DNA from: Vicugna vicugna
Lineage: Eukaryota
NCBI GenBank assembly: GCA_013265495.1
Contig: MU058687.1
Coordinates: forward strand, 4,648,093-4,712,092
Direction: 5' to 3'
DNA length: 64,000 nucleotides
Below, piece after piece: positions 59,401 to 64,000 of this stretch; the first letter of the stretch is position 1, and each line of letters opens with the position of its first letter. The notes beneath the pieces are model-generated. The model searched no databases. It was not told the DNA's origin and saw nothing but the letters and a program-made list of their open reading frames with translations. The position numbers were made by a program, and so were the translations under genes.

Positions 59401-62013
59401 ATCATTCTGCCTATCCAGAGCAGGCTAACTCAGCAACCTACCGATCTACAGACCAACTTACCATAAGAGACATTTGATTTCAATCTAAAGCAGTGCCATG
59501 CTATGAAAGTAAAGTGACTATTCCTGTTCGAATTGTGCTGGAAATAACTTCATAATGCCACATTTATAGTACTCAAATCATTTTATAGAGATCTTAGAAG
59601 CATTCAAAAAAATCCAAATTATTCATTTTCAGGTATTTATTGAGTGCCTGTTAGGTGCCAGGCATTGGGCTATACACCAAAAGCAGTGTCATCAGATACC
59701 ATGAAGTCCCCACAAGTTAAAGATGGATGTGAGCTCATTTTACCTTCAAAGAGATGGAAGTCCAGAGAGTTAAAGCATTTGCCTGCAGTCAGCTAGTTAA
59801 GAGAAAAGGGGATTAAAACCTACTTCTTCCAATTATTTAATCACTCACTGTTCTTACTACTAACCAATACTTTCAAGTTTTTTTTTTCCTTCTTTTCCCT
59901 TAAACACAGAACTCCTTCTCCCTCCCTTTTTTAACAGAAAAAAGTTGGAGATAAGTGATCTTTAAGTGAGCTCACTGTTTTGTCTTTACAGGGCAATGGC
60001 ATAGAAAAGAAGGATGATGGGTGCATGCTAGACACTCAGGCACCCATCTGGAGCTGTCCTCTTGCCTCATGAGTGTCCCTGGTTTGTTGTTTGAGACCTA
60101 AGAGTTAAAAAGACGAGTGCCTTTTAGAGGAATGCGTGTCTGTTTCTGCAGTGGGACATGCACTTGTCACACATCAGTGAGCATGGAATCAGAGCCTCCC
60201 AGCTCATCTTTCTCTTTAGGATGGCTGCGTTGTTCTTCAGATGAATAGCTTGCCCTGGAGAGAAATACTGCCTAAATATTAAGGTTAGATTAGTTTTCAC
60301 ACTGTCCCACTTTACCGCTAAATTCGAATCCCTCAACAATCTGCTTCCCAGTCTTCCCGAGGCATAAATCTTCAGTTTAATAAATGGTTTGTATGCCATT
60401 ATTTCTCATCAATATGTAAAGACAAAGGAATTTTTAAAAATCCATCCATGTTGGTTAAAGATATGAAATGTGATCTGATGAGAAAGGGACATTCTCAGAA
60501 GTGTTTCTAATTCCCAACCAAGTCATGGCACCTATTAAGGGAAGGAAAATATATATAATAAAAATTTAGAACCAAGTCAGAAGAAAGACTCTTTAAATAT
60601 ATATATATTTCCTAAAATAATTTGTCTACAAATTATAACTTCCTTGACCCTTCACCTTCCCAGTCTATATCATGTTAATATCAAAGAAAGGATGTTTCAT
60701 TGGTACAATTGGATTAATTCACATGGAAATATGGAGTCTATTTCTCCCTTCAAATCCTCAACCTCCGACTAATTGCCTATGAAGCTTACTGCATCTATGA
60801 TTCTCTAAGAAGCACATGCAAAAACAAATGGGAAGGTCACTCTCTGCTCATTACATGAATTCAAAGAGCTGCCTTTGAAGGGAAGCTTGTTCCTGAGGTA
60901 GGTGATGTCACTGATGAATTTGCAAATCAGTACAAAGGTAGGCTCCTTTTTAATTTTGTTTTTCAAACTACTGAGCTTGAAACTTCAGAACCTGTTTTTA
61001 AGAATCCTGTTCATATGGCCTATGCATTAGATAAAATACATATTTTTTTTTTAGGGCTGGGAACTCCCAAAGGTGTGTGATGTTTCCTATTTGCTATGGA
61101 TATGAGTATTAGGATTATGGATGGATGGATGGATCTGAAGTGCTTCGTTCTGAGTGCACTGTTGCCAGTCCAAATTTACAGCCAAGAAGCAAAGATAGTG
61201 ATGCCAGTACAGTCTTATTAATCTAGGATATTGCTTTTGTAGATTAGAACTATTCAGGCTCTACCTTTTAGTTCTAGTTACTTTAAATCTCCATACTGAG
61301 CTATCAGGTTTCCCTTTATAATACAAAACTGCTAAGTGAAAGACACTTGAGCGTATCATCGGCTGACTGACAAGCGTTTATCGGGCACTTAACTCTGTGC
61401 CCAACACAAAGATAAACATTGTGAGATACAGTGCGGAAGCTTAACACAGCATCCCTGGCTTCCTTGAGGAGAGGTCACAACACGTGTGAAAAGAATTGAA
61501 ATTCACATAGTACCTTAAGAATCCCAGCTTAATACTCTGGTGTTGGGGGTTTCCCATCAAAAAGTTTTTCATAGACTACCTTCAGCTTAGTTTTTCATTA
61601 TGCAAGCAGCTGCATGCAGAAGAAATTTGAGAAAATACAATCCTGGTAATGATTGGAGCCTTTAAAACTTCTGAAATGCTAATGTCCATGCTGTGATAAT
61701 TTTGTCTTTTCTGTTTGAGGGGGTAGTGTGGCAGGGGGTACAGGGTAGCTTTGTTTTTGAGATACTCATTGTTCAAGGTCATGTATCAAGAGAAATGGCT
61801 CACTATTCCAAGCGTGCCTGTGTGGTTTCACATTGGCATTCAATAAGTACCTGGTAAATTAATGAATGAATGTAAGAAAGGATTCTGTGGAGCAAAGATG
61901 AATCACAAGGAAGCGGGGAGTTATGAAGAACGGGTTAAGTCTGTGATATCAGCTGCACAGTTTGTAACGCAGCGTTGGTAGGATGACCTGTTAGCTATAC
62001 CCTCAAAAGTTGT

Positions 62014-62082
62014 CCTTGACTAGGTGAGTGGTAGGACACGTCGTGCGCCCTTGACTAGGTGAGTGATAGGACACGTCGTGCG
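62014..62082. repeat. 35-bp-period tandem duplication, 2 copies with 1 mismatch
   Basis: ccttgactaggtgagtg(g/a)taggacacgtcgtgcg at 62014 and 62049. Confidence 0.95.
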
Positions 62083-62699
62083 GGCACTTTTATAGAGAAA
62101 GCCCGGTGTCAATCAGAAGCAGTTAAACCCTTGGGCTAAATACCTCTTCTAATATGCAGTCCTGCTTTTCTTGTTCTCAATCCAAACTGGACGTCCCATG
62201 ATATGCCTACTTCCCTTTTGCTAATGTGGTCACCCTCGGTGTCTTTATTACCAATTTCCTTCATCTGATGAGCGAAGATTTATTTTTTATTTTTTATTTT
62301 CTTGGCTCACCCCAAAGAGTGAGTGGCTGGGCCAAGGTTCTGAGAAAATGTCGATGACTCTGGCACGCTGGACACGTGCGATTTGCTGTCTCCCGACATT
62401 CACCGTGATGCTGGCCATGGTGCAGGGAGAGCGACCCTGAGGTCTGACCACATCCAAAACCAGTCATCAGGGATGACCACCACCTGATACCTCCTGATTA
62501 GAACTGAGTGTCAGCCAAGAGACTGGGTCCTCTGTCATTGGCTTTCTTGTTCAGCTGTCAGAGCATCATCACTGGATACACAGAAGAAAACGTGAATTGT
62601 AAAAGTAAAGACAGTGCAGACAGAAGGGCTAGATACAGAGGAGTGTTCCAATAGCACTCTACACGGAACCTGGTTATTATGGTGTGCTCTCAGTATATA

Positions 62700-62850
62700 T
62701 TTACATATCAATTTCCTCTTTAATCTGTGAAATTCAGCAAAGTAGGGGCCGTGTCTGATTCATCCTTATTCCCAGTACCTAGCACAGGTTAATGTATGCA
62801 GTAAGCATTTAGCAATTATTATTCATTCATTTTGTTCACTGAATGAATAA
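62700..62850 (+). mobile_element. L2 3' end
   Basis: aatctgtgaaattcagcaaagtaggggccgtgtctgattcatccttattcccagtacctagcacagg...cagtaagcatttagc. Confidence 0.75.
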
Positions 62851-64000
62851 TGATTAAAATTAAGGTTTGCATCTGTTGATTATTGGAGCCTAATTCTTTT
62901 TGAATGCACCGACATCATGAAATACTAGCTGAATGGAAGAGTAAACAAATGGATGAAGGAATAACCCCGATAGGCCAAGCTTAAATCACTTCTCAGGCTT
63001 CATTGTTGTTATATGTGTTCTTTGGTTTTGGACTTGATTGCAAGGACCAATGAAGTAATTCACAAGGTGTATTACTTTTCTGCTTGGTTCTTTGTAGGTT
63101 AAAGGTGACTTTTTTCTCCCCATTTTCTCTGTTTTTCAGCTACTGGCTATTTAACTGCAGGTCTCCTAACAAAATGTACCTACTTCTTTCAGAAGTTTCA
63201 GAAATGCTAGAATGTTTCCAGGACAAAAATCTTCACCTCTTTGAGAGCAATTTCTTTTATTAAAATCATTCGTAAGCTGAGTGCACTTTAGTATCTAGAA
63301 TGATTTTGGTGACTTCTTTGGCATAAGGCAATCATTGTGTGTTGGTGTTTTCTGATGAGTGAAGAATGAGAGAAGCTAGAGTGTGCAGGAGTGTGAGCCT
63401 TCGGCCTAAGGTGCATTCGGGAACATTTCTATGGCAGGTGGGTATTGAGACTTTTGTAAGGTCTGGGCTCCTGGGGTTCTGCCCGTGTTTGGCTGACAGC
63501 CGCCTCCTCAATAATGTGGCAGGTGCATGGCGCAGGGTCTGCCTTCTTTCTGCAAGTGGACAACCTTGCCTGGATCTAAAAGGCCTCTCCCGTGGTGCTG
63601 GAATGCCTCTGACAGCATTTCAAAGTTTCTGATGGCAGGACTAGAGCTTTGTGGGAGAACACTGTCGTTCTTTAAAATGTCACCGATATCACCTCTGACC
63701 ATAACCATTTTTATCCCATTGTTAAAGGGAATAGATGCAGAATTCATGGAATCGAGAGCCTCATGTGATGAGGCAAGTTGGGGAGAGGTTAACTGGCTGT
63801 CTGGTCACTCCCCCTCCCAATCCCCCACTTCATTCTATTTCTCCTTTCCATAAAATGTGGTCTAGTTTCTGCCAATAAAAACCTTTAATTTTTTATGCTG
63901 ATCTTCTCTTCTTTTCCACATCTGATTCTTATTCCTCCTGGCCAAGTGGAAACACAGTATCTACAGAGTGAATTCTCTGGGTATAAGGCAGGTATATAGG

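Overview
This is eutherian mammalian genomic DNA. It is AT-rich and CpG-depleted, with one N gap, and I can support no host protein-coding exon, RNA gene or CRISPR array in it. It reads as the intron of a large gene or an intergenic interval. The L1 3' ends look cetartiodactyl, most likely camelid, and I saw no Alu, B1/B2, Bov-A/BovB, PRE-1, CAN or ERE SINEs. The window is a mosaic of old interspersed repeats: MIR, L2, L3/CR1, MLT1 MaLR solo LTRs, hAT MITEs (MER58A, MER45, MER5A, MER81, MER103C, MER33/MER3) and MER47A. It also holds one young 5'-truncated L1 with an intact ORF2 C-terminus (15258-16022), several microsatellites and two probable assembly duplications. Nearly all entries in the ORF track are chance ORFs. 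I see no evidence of a new multi-gene system. The best leads are a frameshifted Ig I-set-like peptide fossil (7903-8017), an ancient CR1/L2/Crack-type reverse-transcriptase fossil (36862-37356), a possible RTE-clade LINE fossil (50560-50810), a fold-back inversion-duplication at a MIR/MER81 junction (44280-44545) and a candidate alternative first exon (29510-29705). All repeat names come from recalled consensus sequences, not database searches, so subfamily calls and boundaries are approximate.
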